Shown one piece after another: positions 39,314-50,493 of a DNA stretch of 64,000 nt. The notes beneath the pieces are model-generated. The model ran no database searches, had not been told where the DNA came from, and saw only the letters and a program-made list of their open reading frames with translations. A program made the translations under genes and the position numbers. The DNA is taken from contig CAWFXL010000001.1 in NCBI GenBank assembly GCA_963819815.1, positions 1,248,001 to 1,312,000 of the forward strand. The letters are read 5' to 3'. Positions within the stretch are counted from its first letter, which is position 1. Each line of letters begins with the position of its first letter. The DNA is from an uncultured bacterium (lineage in GTDB: Bacteria; Babelota; Babeliae; Babelales; Babelaceae).

Positions 39314-39557
39314 GTATATATGCTCCTAGAGTATAGTTACCGATGAGAACCATAGGTAAGGTTGTAGGGTTTAACTGATACAATACTAGATCACTATACT
39401 ACGATTCTGCCTTTTTATCAATATGGGCCCACAAGTGGGCAAAAAAAGACTGCCATGGGCTATGGAAAATATCTATCTGCAAAGCTTTAGGTGCACACGG
39501 TTGGGTTAAGTTAGGATGGAACCGACCTTTTCTAAATCAAAGATACAAGAACACTCT

Positions 39558-40413
39558 TCAACAGTTGTCAGTCTCTTCGATCTCATCTGGTTCAACCTTC
39601 ATACCTAACTTTTGAGCGAGCCCCTTGTTGGATGGGAAACAGATAAAAAACTTGTTAGAAACTTCATTAAAGTAAGTTACTTCATATTCACTAAAGAATT
39701 GGGGACATCTCTCTAAGAAAAAATTGATAAATACAAGATCCCTCAGTATCCAGTTTCTAAGTTCCAACAAACTGCTGCTCGTTTTTCTTGCAGGTTGAGC
39801 GAATGAACATTCAATGTGTTGTAAAAGATTATCACTATAAGCTAAAATGCCACCCAAAGGGTTTTTAGCACTATTTGTTTTCCAAAGAGGCCGGTATGCG
39901 CCTACGGGATACCTTTGACTTTTGAGCGTAAGCTGTCTTGCAAGAACTCGTATCATTTCTGGGTCGGCATCTTTTAACCTGTCTAGATTGTCGTGAGCAA
40001 AGTACGGATGATCAAGCGTAAACCAGGAAGGAAAGTCCCACCGGTTTCTTACATTTGCTACAAAATCAGCAGTAAGTTTGATCCTATCATATTCTTTTTT
40101 TTCTACATCACTTAAACGTTTTCTATTTAAACTCAATAGATCGTGCGAAGCGGCTTCTAAATGCGCTGGCAACACCCTCATTGTCTATGGGATGTTGAAG
40201 AAGTGACATCACTACTTCCCTTACATCGGCCAGTCTCACAGTTACTGGCAGTTGTTTTCTCTTTTCCATCCAAGTACTATGATCAATTGCACTTTCAAGG
40301 TAACCCGGGGGTGTAACTGCCGTTTCTTCTTTGACCATTGTCATAGCCGATTCAGAGCCAAAGATATTTGAGTTAACAAGTAATAAAGCGGATAGAACTA
40401 AGTGCTGTTTCAT
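39558..40413 (-). pseudogene. FGSE-family secreted protein, frameshifted near 40176 (or sequencing error)
   Basis: MKQHLVLSALLLVNSNIFGSESA start; removing one G in GAGGGTG joins ...HPIDNE to VLPAHLEAASHDL, matching HILDAALEDL of the paralogs; 856 nt = 3n+1. Confidence 0.75.
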
Positions 40414-40493
40414 ACCTAACCTTCTTTTGTTCAAAGATTTTCGATCAAGTATAATTTTTCTAAAGGGTTCTGCAACAGGACGTGGTCTAAAAC

Positions 40494-41021
40494 TCACGTC
40501 AATCCCGTATAAATTAAGCAGACAACTGCCACACCTAGAAATAGAGTGCATGTTTGATAATCATCAATGATAGAGTATCTTGGTTGTAATGCTCTAATTA
40601 AATCAGTCTTTAGATTATTGCTTATTGGAAGTGGGCGTCCTCTATTTATTTTCGCCACAAGGGCAATTCTTATCAGTGTTGAGACATCCTCTACGCCCTT
40701 GGAACTTAACTCAGATTGATTGTGAAGCCATAAATCTGCAAGGTCTTCACATGCAGCATCAATAATATGATCTTTTGGTGCATCGTTGCTATTAAGAAGT
40801 GAAAGAAATAGAATCCTTGCATGAGTCAATCGGATATCTGCCGAGATTGTTTGTCTCATTTCCAACCAAGCTTGAGGAGTCTCTTTATTATAATTTGCAT
40901 AACTTGCGACTCTAGCAGGGGAGACTGGTTCAACGGTCTGATGTGCTGTGGTAGTGTGTTCAGATCCAAAAATACTCGAGCTCCCAAGGAGCACTACCGT
41001 TAGAATGAGATGTTTTTTCAT
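40494..41021 (-). CDS. FGSE-family secreted protein with C-terminal TM
   Basis: MKKHLILTVVLLGSSSIFGSE, ASYANYNKET; ATGA overlap with upstream paralog. Confidence 0.85.
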   Translation of the reverse strand: MKKHLILTVVLLGSSSIFGSEHTTTAHQTVEPVSPARVASYANYNKETPQAWLEMRQTISADIRLTHARILFLSLLNSNDAPKDHIIDAACEDLADLWLHNQSELSSKGVEDVSTLIRIALVAKINRGRPLPISNNLKTDLIRALQPRYSIIDDYQTCTLFLGVAVVCLIYTGLT

Positions 41022-41626
41022 AATAGATGAAGATGAAAGCCTGTCATGTACCCAAGCAAGCCGAGAGCTACCAGAATTGAAAAGGCGGTGCAGCAATTGT
41101 CTGCTTTGATTTCACGTTTATGCTCTGCTTTAGCGACAGTAGGGGTTCCGGTTTGTAGTAACATTCTACTTAGTTCAGCTTTTTGATTGTCCGCTAGAGG
41201 AGCTCCCCCTGCCTTTAATTTAAAAGCAACCATTGTTAACATTCCAAATTCCTTAAATTCCTTGTCCCCGAATTGTTCGTCCTTGAATGCCTCGTCATTT
41301 GAGTATTCATTAGTCACTAATAGACGATATACACCTATAAGGTCTTCAAGAGCAGCATCAAGAATATGATTGGGCACACTGTTGCTATGAAGAAGAGAAG
41401 TGAGGAGAGCTGCTTTTGCTTCAGCCATTCGTGTAACCACTAGGACCGCTTCTCTCTTTTTCAACCAAGTTTGAAGAGTATCTTTGCTATAATTTGCATA
41501 ATTTGCGGTTCTAGCAAAAGTGGCTGGCACAACAAGGTTGCGCGTTTTAGGTTTAGTAGCCGACTCAGATCCGAAAGCATATGGGCTTCCTAGGAGCACT
41601 ATTGCTAGAATAAGACGTTTTTTCAT
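41018..41626 (-). CDS. FGSE-family secreted protein with C-terminal TM
   Basis: FGSESAT, ANYANYSKDT, HILDAALEDL. Confidence 0.85.
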   Translation of the reverse strand: MKKRLILAIVLLGSPYAFGSESATKPKTRNLVVPATFARTANYANYSKDTLQTWLKKREAVLVVTRMAEAKAALLTSLLHSNSVPNHILDAALEDLIGVYRLLVTNEYSNDEAFKDEQFGDKEFKEFGMLTMVAFKLKAGGAPLADNQKAELSRMLLQTGTPTVAKAEHKREIKADNCCTAFSILVALGLLGYMTGFHLHLL

Positions 41627-41816
41627 GGATAATCCTCAATTCAAAATGATTTCTTTGGGGCTGCATGGAACAAAATGCCTGTTTTTGCTTGTGCAGCTTT
41701 CGATCAAGTATAATTATTCTAAAAAGTACTGCAATGGGCACCTTTTAGTCAGATGCCCGTTGGTATTAGTCGAACGTTTAGTGTTCTGATCAAGAGTAAT
41801 TGTTCTCAAGAGTGCT

Positions 41817-41850
41817 TCAATTGGCACACCTCAAGAAGTGTGCCAATTGA
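41817..41850 (-). terminator. Hairpin downstream of 41867-42511
   Basis: TCAATTGGCACAC...GTGTGCCAATTGA 13-bp stem. Confidence 0.7.
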
Positions 41851-41866
41851 GTTAGCTAAAGATGTT

Positions 41867-42511
41867 CTAGTACTGGCGTAAGAGCGTATCTTGAAACTTA
41901 TAATAAATGAATTGCCATAGTATAGCGCTTGCCAAAGCTACATACAATCCATGCCCGATCTCATGATACATCAGATCGTATTCGCTGAGGTTATGTGTTG
42001 CCATCCAAATTGCAAAGCTGGCAACATAGACGCCAATGGTCGTTTCTCGCAGTGTTAACTTTCTATTAGACAACTGGGACTGTAATAATGAATTTACCTG
42101 AGCCTTTTGATCCTCCGTTAGAGGAAGCCCTGCCTGTGCTATCCTAGCGACTTCCGTTAGCCTGCTAAATTCTCTTACTTCCGCGTCATTTAGCTTAGAG
42201 TTATCAGTGATTCCGAGATGATATAAACCCGTAAGGTCTTCAATTAGTGCATCAAGAACATGCTTTGGTGCATTATTGCTTCGAAGAAAAGAAGTGATTA
42301 GAATCTTTGCCTCAGCCAATCGAATAGCTACAGGTACTGTATCTCTCGTTTCCAACCAAGCTTGTCGAGTCTCTTTGCTGTAATTTGCATAACTTGCGAT
42401 TCTATTGTCAGCTACTTGTTCAACGTTTTGACGTGCTGCAGTGGCCGATTCCGCTCCGAAAATACTTGAGCTCCCAAGGAGCGCTGTAGCTATAATAAGA
42501 TGCTTCTTCAT
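41867..42511 (-). CDS. FGSE-family secreted protein with two C-terminal TM segments
   Basis: FGAESAT, ASYANYSKETRQAWLETR; start moved to ATG 42511. Confidence 0.85.
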   Translation of the reverse strand: MKKHLIIATALLGSSSIFGAESATAARQNVEQVADNRIASYANYSKETRQAWLETRDTVPVAIRLAEAKILITSFLRSNNAPKHVLDALIEDLTGLYHLGITDNSKLNDAEVREFSRLTEVARIAQAGLPLTEDQKAQVNSLLQSQLSNRKLTLRETTIGVYVASFAIWMATHNLSEYDLMYHEIGHGLYVALASAILWQFIYYKFQDTLLRQY

Positions 42512-42557
42512 AATAATCCTTAATGTAGAATGATTTCTTTTTGAACTTAATATAGCA

Positions 42558-42586
42558 AGTATAATAATTCTAACTGAAAGTGTCAA
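42558..42586 (-). promoter_or_regulatory. sigma70-type promoter
   Basis: TTGACA-17 nt-TATACT on the minus strand. Confidence 0.8.
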
Positions 42587-42730
42587 ATTCTCATTTATGA
42601 CAGCCTGGCGATCGTTTTTTGTCTGTGTTTGATCGGTGTTTTCATTAAAAATAAACCCTGTCTTCTTGACTAAAAAATTCAGGAAACCTTTGAAAGAGGA
42701 AGGTAATGATTACAGAGTCACTAAGCACCG

Positions 42731-42761
42731 CAATGGGTACCTGATTAAAAGGTACCCATTG
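42731..42761 (-). terminator. Hairpin downstream of 42767-43336
   Basis: CAATGGGTACCT...AGGTACCCATTG 12-bp stem. Confidence 0.7.
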
Positions 42762-42766
42762 TGATG

Positions 42767-43336
42767 TCAGCTTAACCTAATAGTTATAGGTGATACCAAT
42801 GCTGCAAAACTCAAGAGTCCAAAGATGGCCAAAGGCAGCACCACCAAAGGAACCATAGTTTGCATCAAACTAAGGCAACCATTTCTATTAGACGACCCGA
42901 GTTGTAATATTCTATTTGCCTCAGTCTCTTGATCATCCGTTAGAGGAAGCCCTGCCCGTACGCTCCTAGCAACTCTCGTTAGCCTGTTGAATTCCATTGC
43001 GTCCTCCTCGTCATTGAGCTTGGAGTTGTCGGTGATTGAGAGTTGATATAAACCTGTAAGATCTTCAAGTACAGCATCAAGAAGATGGTTTGGCGCAACA
43101 TCGCTGCGAAGAAGAGAGGCGAGTAAAATATTTGCCTCAGCCAATCGAATAGCTACAGGTACTGTATCTCTCGTTTCCAACCAAGCTTGTCGAGTCTCTT
43201 TGCTGTAATTTGCATAACTTGCGAATCTGGCGGCAGGGACTTGTTTAACCGTTTGACGTCTCTTAGTAGCCGATTCCGAGCCGAAAATACTTGAGCTCCC
43301 TAGGAGCACCGTAGCTATAATAAGATGTTTCTTCAT
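42767..43336 (-). CDS. FGSE-family secreted protein with hydrophobic C-terminus
   Basis: FGSESAT, ASYANYSKETRQAWLETR; start moved to ATG 43336. Confidence 0.85.
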   Translation of the reverse strand: MKKHLIIATVLLGSSSIFGSESATKRRQTVKQVPAARFASYANYSKETRQAWLETRDTVPVAIRLAEANILLASLLRSDVAPNHLLDAVLEDLTGLYQLSITDNSKLNDEEDAMEFNRLTRVARSVRAGLPLTDDQETEANRILQLGSSNRNGCLSLMQTMVPLVVLPLAIFGLLSFAALVSPITIRLS

Positions 43337-43383
43337 AACTAATCCTTCATGTAGAATGTTTTCTTTTTGAACTAACCATTGCA

Positions 43384-43412
43384 AGCATAATAATACTATC
43401 TGAAAGTGTCAA
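43384..43412 (-). promoter_or_regulatory. sigma70-type promoter
   Basis: TTGACA-17 nt-TATGCT on the minus strand. Confidence 0.75.
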
Positions 43413-43974
43413 AATCTTTATTTGCGACAGTCATTCAATCGTCTGTTGCCTGCATTTGATCGGTGTTTTTATTAAAGGCAAGCCCCCTTCGTCTTGGCTA
43501 GAAAATTCAGGAAATCTTTGAAAGAAGAAATTAATAATTACTGTAGACCTCTCCAAATCCCGCCAATTTTCATAAGTAAACCTTCCCAGTTTTCAATTGA
43601 TTTCTATATATTTCCAAATATAGCCAAGTATAATAATTCTATCTGAGGTGGCCAATTTTTTTTAATAATTACCACAGGCTTGACCTGGTGGTTGCATGTG
43701 GCTTATGTATCCATCTGATCGGAATTTGCATGAAAATGAGGAGGTGGGCTTTTCGTAGTTTTTCCTTGACGACAGGTCATTCGTAACCAGCAGTTCTTAA
43801 ATCTTAGTATACTTTTTTGTAATTTTCTGTATCCTGAAAATGTGTATAGTCTCTCAGGCATTCTCAGTTCACTTTGCGATACATCGATCAAAAAGAACAT
43901 TCTGGGGGATTTCCCACGTATAATGCTCCGTGATACTCGTATTGTGAAATATAAATGAGCTTGTCCTCTTTACT

Positions 43975-45630
43975 ATGGATGTTATGCCGAATACTTTTAA
44001 AGAATTACCCTTAGCTGCTCCTATTCAGCAAATATTAGATGATCTAGGATTTACCGAACCAACAGATATACAGAAAAAAGCGCTTCCGGTGCTCATGGAG
44101 TCTAAAAAGATAGATTTCCATGGTCAAGCGCAGACGGGGACCGGGAAAACGCTTGCCTTTGGCCTTCCTTTGCTTCATCGTATTGATGTGGCCAAGAAGG
44201 TTCCCCAGGCACTTATTGTGGCTCCTACTCGTGAGCTTGCCGTCCAAATAAAGGAAAGTATTGCCCCTTTTGCACGAGCTATGGATATTCGTCTTGAAGC
44301 CATTTACGGTGGTGTTTCTATGGAAGCACAAACGCAAGCATTACGACGAGGATGCCATATTGTCGTAGGGACTCCTGGACGTCTAAATGACCATCTGAGA
44401 CGAGGAATCCTTAAAATCAGCACCGTACGTACGCTGGTCCTCGATGAAGCAGATATTATGCTTGATATGGGGTTTAAAGAGGAAGTAGATGAAATTTTAA
44501 GCTACGCTCCTTCTGATCGTGAGATATGGCTGTTTTCAGCTACTATTAAATCCGGTATCGCAACGATTATGAAGACTCACATGCGAGATCCTATTACGGT
44601 CAAAGTGGGTAAAAAGCAAGCAACAGTTCCCTTAACAAAGCAATACTTTTGCATGGTGCCAAGTAGGACCCGATTACAGGTACTGAGCAGGTTTATAGAA
44701 TGCGCGACAGACTTCTATGGCTTTATTTTCTGCCAAACAAAGATTCTTACAAGTGAAGTTGCAGAAAAGCTTATTAAACTTGGATACAATGTAGGCGCCT
44801 TACATGGAGATATGAGCCAGTTACAACGTAATCTGGTTATCAAAAAGTTTAAGAATAAAGAGATTACCATTCTTGTTGCAACCGACGTTGCAGCCCGTGG
44901 AATCGATGTTGCAAATCTTACGCACGTGATAAACTATTCCTTGCCTGAAGATCATGAAAGCTATATTCATAGAGTAGGGCGAACGGGACGTGCCGGAAAA
45001 GATGGTATCGCTATTACGTTGCTCTCAAAGACTGAGCTTCGTTCAATTCAACATATTCAACAAAAGTTTCAGATATCAATAGAACCTCTTGATGTGCCTG
45101 ATCGGGAAACCATTGTTAAAGCGCGACTTGAAGAAACTTCAAGATATCTTGCAAAAATCAGTGAGCACGTTTCTCCTGAAACGATGAGCAGCTCGGACCA
45201 TCAACTTGAGAAGTTGGTCAGTGAACTTTCTCCTGATGAGCAACGTGTAGTACTTGTAAGAGTTCTCCATGATAAATTCCTTAGTTCACTCGGTAATGAT
45301 GATGTGAACTTTACCCCCTCAAGTAAAGTATCTATGCCTGATGATCTTCAAGAGCTCTTTATGAATGTGGGTACAGACGATGGAGTAACTCGTGATCAGA
45401 TACTTTCGTGTCTTACCGGAACTGGATTAGTTCAGGCAGATCAGATCATGAAAATACGTGTCATTAATCGACGCACCTTTGTTCAGCTACCGGCTTCATG
45501 TATGAGACCGCTTATCAATGCCTTACGTGATGTTGTTCTTGGAGGTAGAAGAGTTCGTGCAAGTGTTATTGAAGAAGAACAAAGTCATATGCGTCCGCGA
45601 AGACGTCATCCAGGTAAGCGAAATTATTGA
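43975..45630 (+). CDS. DEAD-box RNA helicase (DeaD/CsdA-like, DbpA-type C-terminal domain)
   Basis: Q motif, AQTGTGKT, PTRELA, DEAD, SAT, HRVGRTGRAG. Confidence 0.95.
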   Translation: MDVMPNTFKELPLAAPIQQILDDLGFTEPTDIQKKALPVLMESKKIDFHGQAQTGTGKTLAFGLPLLHRIDVAKKVPQALIVAPTRELAVQIKESIAPFARAMDIRLEAIYGGVSMEAQTQALRRGCHIVVGTPGRLNDHLRRGILKISTVRTLVLDEADIMLDMGFKEEVDEILSYAPSDREIWLFSATIKSGIATIMKTHMRDPITVKVGKKQATVPLTKQYFCMVPSRTRLQVLSRFIECATDFYGFIFCQTKILTSEVAEKLIKLGYNVGALHGDMSQLQRNLVIKKFKNKEITILVATDVAARGIDVANLTHVINYSLPEDHESYIHRVGRTGRAGKDGIAITLLSKTELRSIQHIQQKFQISIEPLDVPDRETIVKARLEETSRYLAKISEHVSPETMSSSDHQLEKLVSELSPDEQRVVLVRVLHDKFLSSLGNDDVNFTPSSKVSMPDDLQELFMNVGTDDGVTRDQILSCLTGTGLVQADQIMKIRVINRRTFVQLPASCMRPLINALRDVVLGGRRVRASVIEEEQSHMRPRRRHPGKRNY

Positions 45631-45644
45631 GTGAGTGGAGCAGT

Positions 45645-46421
45645 ATGATCACGACATATCTTGAATGTCTGGGACTCGCTTTAGGTCTTATGGGATGTGC
45701 CTTCTTGGTTTCTTTGCTTACTCGTACAAATACCGTGGTCGATATATTTTGGGGCCTTGGGTTTATTGCCATCACCTGGTATTCACTGATCGCTAACGGT
45801 TTATATCTTCCTCGACATTTTCTCGTAACAGTACTCGTTACTCTGTGGGGACTTCGTTTGTCAGGCTATATACTCTACAGAAACTGGGGTAAAGGTGAAG
45901 ATCCTCGCTATACTGCACTTGCAAAACAGTGGGGTCCTTGGGTGTATCTACAGAGTTTTTTGCGGATATTTATGCTCCAGGGAATACTCCTATGGCTTAT
46001 CTCATTCTCGATTATTGCCATTATGACCAATTCAACCGCGGGATCATTTAGTTTTCGTGATTTTGTTGCGGTTTTATTATGGTGTATCGGTTTTGCTTGT
46101 GAAGTTATTGGTGATTGGCAACTGCAGCGATTCCTCAGGGATCCACTTCATAAGGACCACATTATGGATAGAGGTATATGGCGTCTTACGCGCCATCCTA
46201 ACTATTTTGGGGAGCTTGTTATGTGGTGGTCGATGTGGTTACTTGCTTTGCCCGTAGGATATGCAGCACTTACGATTATAAGTCCTCTTACTATAACGGC
46301 TATCATTCTTTTCTTTTCACTGCCGATTACCGAGAAGCAGCTGGCAACAAATCCCGAGTATGAAGCATACAAAAAACGAACGAATGCTCTGCTTCCATGG
46401 ACGCCAAAGAGATTACTCTAA
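45645..46421 (+). CDS. DUF1295 / steroid 5-alpha-reductase-like membrane protein
   Basis: VDIFWG, LWGLRL, GEDPRY, GDWQL, RHPNYFGE. Confidence 0.9.
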   Translation: MITTYLECLGLALGLMGCAFLVSLLTRTNTVVDIFWGLGFIAITWYSLIANGLYLPRHFLVTVLVTLWGLRLSGYILYRNWGKGEDPRYTALAKQWGPWVYLQSFLRIFMLQGILLWLISFSIIAIMTNSTAGSFSFRDFVAVLLWCIGFACEVIGDWQLQRFLRDPLHKDHIMDRGIWRLTRHPNYFGELVMWWSMWLLALPVGYAALTIISPLTITAIILFFSLPITEKQLATNPEYEAYKKRTNALLPWTPKRLL

Positions 46422-46436
46422 GCGATCTCCAATAAA

Positions 46437-47060
46437 CTACCGCTGTTTAAGAACCTTCAAGACGTGCTGGCTCCAGTCTTCCATGAGTGGGTAAAAAGTT
46501 TCACACTCTTTGAGTGAATACAAGAAACCACTTTTCAATTCTGACCGTATTGAGATATTTTCTGAAGTACCTTCTATAAGAAGCACTAGTCCTAAATGAA
46601 CTTTGCCTACAGCGTTGCAATCATCATTTAAGATTCCTAGTGGTTTGACAGTATAGGTGCCTTCATAGTTCACTTCCTCATTAAATTCTCGTTGAGCCCA
46701 GCCCATAATATCGGTAGCGGAGAGATCTTCTTTGCGTACATGCCCGCCAATGCCGAGGGAGTACTTGTTTTTAAGGCGCTGTTCGGATGCATGAGCTTGG
46801 CGCTGCATGAGGAAATACCTGCCCCCATGAGTGAAGACTAGATAGGGAATAATCTGCTTGTAGGTAAGATCGGTCTCCATAAGGGAGCGAGGATGAAATT
46901 CTTGGTGTTGCGTAATCACTTGAAGAAGGTCATCAAAAGATGAAGCAGTAAGTCCGTGCCAGGCAGGTCGATTTTCAAAGAGTTTGTCTCGTTTTACGAC
47001 GAGAATAAGCTCATCAGGGGTTGCAAAAGGTGTTGTTGGTTGTTGCGATTGTTGTTGCAT
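46437..47060 (-). CDS. NUDIX-like phosphoesterase
   Basis: YKQIIPY, EQRL...SLGIGGH, REFNEE, NAVGKVHLG. Confidence 0.85.
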   Translation of the reverse strand: MQQQSQQPTTPFATPDELILVVKRDKLFENRPAWHGLTASSFDDLLQVITQHQEFHPRSLMETDLTYKQIIPYLVFTHGGRYFLMQRQAHASEQRLKNKYSLGIGGHVRKEDLSATDIMGWAQREFNEEVNYEGTYTVKPLGILNDDCNAVGKVHLGLVLLIEGTSENISIRSELKSGFLYSLKECETFYPLMEDWSQHVLKVLKQR

Positions 47061-47275
47061 AAGAAACTCCTTGAGAAAACTGAGATGCTTTTTAGCATAG
47101 CTTGATCTTCAAGAAAAGATAGGATTTCCATGCTGCAGCGAGTGTGCCCATTAAACTTATACCATTCGTATCCAGTAAGCGAGTCGGAAAGATTTCCTTT
47201 TTTGTATCGGAACTTGCCTCACTAAGAATGCTTCTTTAAAGATATGTCGTACCAATGCTTATCGCTTTGTTACTG

Positions 47276-47935
47276 TTAGGGAAATTCCTTAATACCTAGC
47301 GTTTGCCAATCATGGTCAAAAAGTGCCATGCCCTTAGTTGTGAGCGGATGATCAAGCATTTTTTGAAATATGTTAACCGGTATGGTCGCGCAGTGAGCGC
47401 CTGCTAGAGCCACTTCATGAATATGTAAGGTGGATCGCAGTGAGGCTGCGAGTATCTGTGTTTCATAAGAATAAGTATCTACTATCTGCCTCAAATCATG
47501 AATCAGTTCAATACCATCAGAATCGATATCTTCTAACCTTCCGATAAAAGGGGAGATATATTTTACCTGCAACTTTGCCATGCATAAGCCCTGTACTGCA
47601 GAGAAAAGAAGAGTAATATTTAACGGTACTCCTTCATGTACAAGTTTGTTAATGAGTGGGAGATACTCAGGAGAGCACGGAACTTTTACCACAATATTAG
47701 GTGCTAACGCTGCAATTTCATGAGCTTGGGTATAGATAGCGTGTGGATCCTTTTCTGTAATTTCGACACTGACATCGCACGGAGAGAGTAGGGAGGCAAT
47801 TTTTTTGATGAGTTCACTAATATTACCCCCTTCTTTACTTAGATGGGTAGGATTTGTGGTGACGCCATCAAGGAGGCCCGTCTCTTTTGCCTCTGCCAGA
47901 GCCTTATAGTTTGCAGTATCTAGGAAAAACTTCAT
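47276..47935 (-). CDS. Transaldolase / fructose-6-phosphate aldolase family
   Basis: FFLDTAN, GVTTNP, VVKVP, SPFIGRL, LAASLR, HPLT. Confidence 0.93.
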   Translation of the reverse strand: MKFFLDTANYKALAEAKETGLLDGVTTNPTHLSKEGGNISELIKKIASLLSPCDVSVEITEKDPHAIYTQAHEIAALAPNIVVKVPCSPEYLPLINKLVHEGVPLNITLLFSAVQGLCMAKLQVKYISPFIGRLEDIDSDGIELIHDLRQIVDTYSYETQILAASLRSTLHIHEVALAGAHCATIPVNIFQKMLDHPLTTKGMALFDHDWQTLGIKEFP

Positions 47936-48032
47936 GGTGCATCTCTTGGTATTTGTGTACCTTTACGCTACCACAAAGACTTTTGAGCATGCAACAGTTT
48001 GGCTACTTTTCTGTAGCTTTACCGCCAGAGAT

Positions 48033-50477
48033 TTATTTTTTCAGCATAAAGTTAATCGTTCTATCGGGTACAAATATGATACGATCAATCTCTGCAGTCT
48101 CAAGCCATTTTGCGATCGCATGTCGAGCTTCATGCTCAATATCATTTTGACTTGATCCTTTTGGTACGCTGATCGTTGCACGATGTTTCGCATTAACTTG
48201 TACAGAAATATTTGTGGTAGTAGTGGCAGTGATCTTTGGATCATGGCTTGGCCATGCGCACTCTTCAATTTTCTTGCCAAGAAGTACCTCTAAAAGTTCA
48301 CTTGCCATGTGCGGTGCCATCGAAGAAAGAAGTGTTGCAATGATCTCAATGCTCTTTCTGCTAAACTTCATCTGCTTATCAGTTGCATCATGGGAGAATT
48401 CCATAAATGCAGATATTGCCGTATTCGGTTTATACCGATCAACGCGCTCTTGGAAATCTTTAATAAGCAGGTGAACTCGTTGAGTTGTGTTAATATCTTC
48501 TTGTTGCTTGTCTGAAAGAACAACGCCTTCGGTGGTAAGGTAGTTCCACAACCTATTTAAGAAGCGCTTAATACCCTCAAGTCCAGTGTCTTGCCATTCA
48601 CAATCAAGCTCAGGAGGTCCCATGAAAAGGATATAGAGGCGAAGAACATCAGAACCGTATTGTTGTACGATCTCATCGGGATTAACTACATTGCCCTTAG
48701 ATTTAGACATTTTTTCAACATGCCCGGAGAGCTCTGAATATCTGTTAACCATGCCCTGGTTAAAAAGGTGAGTAAAGGGCTCATCAAAGGGAAGGAAGCC
48801 AAGGTCATAGAGTACTTTGACATAAAAGCGTGCATATAATAAGTGCAAAATCGCATGCTCTACACCGCCAACATACAGGTCTACGGGTAACCAATACTCC
48901 ATATCTTTCTCATCAAAAGGCTTTGATGAAAGATCTGGATGTGGGTACCTTAAAAAATACCAGCAGGATCCCGCCCACTGAGGCATCGTATTAGTTTCTC
49001 GTTTTGCAGAGCCTTTACATTGAGGGCAGGTAACGTTGACCCACTCTTTAATTGCGGCAAGTGGAGATTCACCAGTTCCTGTCGGTTTATAGTTTTCCAC
49101 ATAGGGAAGCTCAACGGGAAGATCAGCCTCAGGTACCGGTACGATACCACAGCATATGCAATGAATAAGTGGTATAGGTTCGCCCCAATAGCGCTGGCGA
49201 GAGAATATCCAATCTCGTAATTTATAAGCAGTTGTACGCGATCCAAGATTGTTTTGCTCTAAATACTCGATCACTGCCTGTTTAGCTTGGGTGTGAAGCT
49301 CAAGACCACTAAATGTACCACTATGTATAAGTGTTCCATCACCCTCATAGGCTTCTTTAGAAATGCCTTCCTTAGGCATCGAGGGAGAGGTCACTACTTG
49401 TACGATCGGAATATCATAGAGCTTCGCAAACTCAAAGTCACGGGCATCATGTCCCGGTACACCCATCACCATTCCCGTACCATACTCCTTAAGAACGTAG
49501 TTAGCAAGAAAGAGGGGAATCGGTTTGTTAGTAAGAGGATTGATAGCATAGGTACCCGCAAAGAATCCAGTTTTTTGTGCCATATTTGCAAGGCGGTCGG
49601 TACCGGTCATTGAGATAAACTGTTCCTGATACTCAGTTGCTAACTTCAAACGGTCGGGAGTAACAAGCCTCAGGGCAAGATCATGGTCAGGAGCAATCAC
49701 AAGAAACGTTACCCCACATATGGTACCTGGCGTAGTCGTATAGATCGGAAGCTCTACGATGTCATCACCGACCTGTGCTTTAAATAGAATTTGAGCACCT
49801 TCACTTTTACCGATCCAGTTTTTTTGCATGAGCTTTACTTTTTCAGGCCAATCAAGACGATCAAGGCCTTCAAGTAACTTTTCTGCATAGTCGGTGATCT
49901 TAAGTACCCATTGTCGAACATTGCGTTGCTCAATTTTTGAGCCGCACCGATCACAGGTTCCATCTACCACCTCTTCATTTGCAAGACCGGTAAGACAAGA
50001 AGTACACCAGTTAATAGGCATGACCGCTTCATACGCTAATCCGGCCTTAAACATTTGAAGGAATATCCATTGTGTCCATTTATAATAGGAAGGATCGGTC
50101 GTATTGAGTTCTTTAGACCAGTCATAGATAGCAGCAACTTCTTTAAGCTGCTCTTTAAAGTGAGCAATATTTTCAGCGGTGCTTACTGCTGGATTGAGTC
50201 CTTTTTTAATCGCATCATTTTCAGCAGGCAATCCAAATGCATCCCACCCCATAGGATGAAGTACATTATAGCCTTGAAGCCATTTAATACGAGCATATAC
50301 ATCTGAGAGCACATAGCCTCGCCAATGGCCTACGTGCAACCCTGATCCTGAAGGATAGGGGAACATATCAAGACAATAATATTTTTTGCCCGAGCCAGCT
50401 TGTTTGCTTTGTGCTATCGGGTGAGTAGCCCAGATTTTTTGCCACTTTTTTTCTATATCTTGTACTTTGTACTGCAT
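48033..50477 (-). CDS. leuS: Leucine--tRNA ligase
   Basis: [41 protein letters not shown]. Confidence 0.97.
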   Translation of the reverse strand: MQYKVQDIEKKWQKIWATHPIAQSKQAGSGKKYYCLDMFPYPSGSGLHVGHWRGYVLSDVYARIKWLQGYNVLHPMGWDAFGLPAENDAIKKGLNPAVSTAENIAHFKEQLKEVAAIYDWSKELNTTDPSYYKWTQWIFLQMFKAGLAYEAVMPINWCTSCLTGLANEEVVDGTCDRCGSKIEQRNVRQWVLKITDYAEKLLEGLDRLDWPEKVKLMQKNWIGKSEGAQILFKAQVGDDIVELPIYTTTPGTICGVTFLVIAPDHDLALRLVTPDRLKLATEYQEQFISMTGTDRLANMAQKTGFFAGTYAINPLTNKPIPLFLANYVLKEYGTGMVMGVPGHDARDFEFAKLYDIPIVQVVTSPSMPKEGISKEAYEGDGTLIHSGTFSGLELHTQAKQAVIEYLEQNNLGSRTTAYKLRDWIFSRQRYWGEPIPLIHCICCGIVPVPEADLPVELPYVENYKPTGTGESPLAAIKEWVNVTCPQCKGSAKRETNTMPQWAGSCWYFLRYPHPDLSSKPFDEKDMEYWLPVDLYVGGVEHAILHLLYARFYVKVLYDLGFLPFDEPFTHLFNQGMVNRYSELSGHVEKMSKSKGNVVNPDEIVQQYGSDVLRLYILFMGPPELDCEWQDTGLEGIKRFLNRLWNYLTTEGVVLSDKQQEDINTTQRVHLLIKDFQERVDRYKPNTAISAFMEFSHDATDKQMKFSRKSIEIIATLLSSMAPHMASELLEVLLGKKIEECAWPSHDPKITATTTTNISVQVNAKHRATISVPKGSSQNDIEHEARHAIAKWLETAEIDRIIFVPDRTINFMLKK

Positions 50478-50493
50478 ATGTATTCCTAGTGCA

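Noticed and set aside
43690..43974. Long leader of the first DEAD-box helicase as a thermosensor or ncRNA
   Set aside because: No recognisable motif or convincing structure by eye
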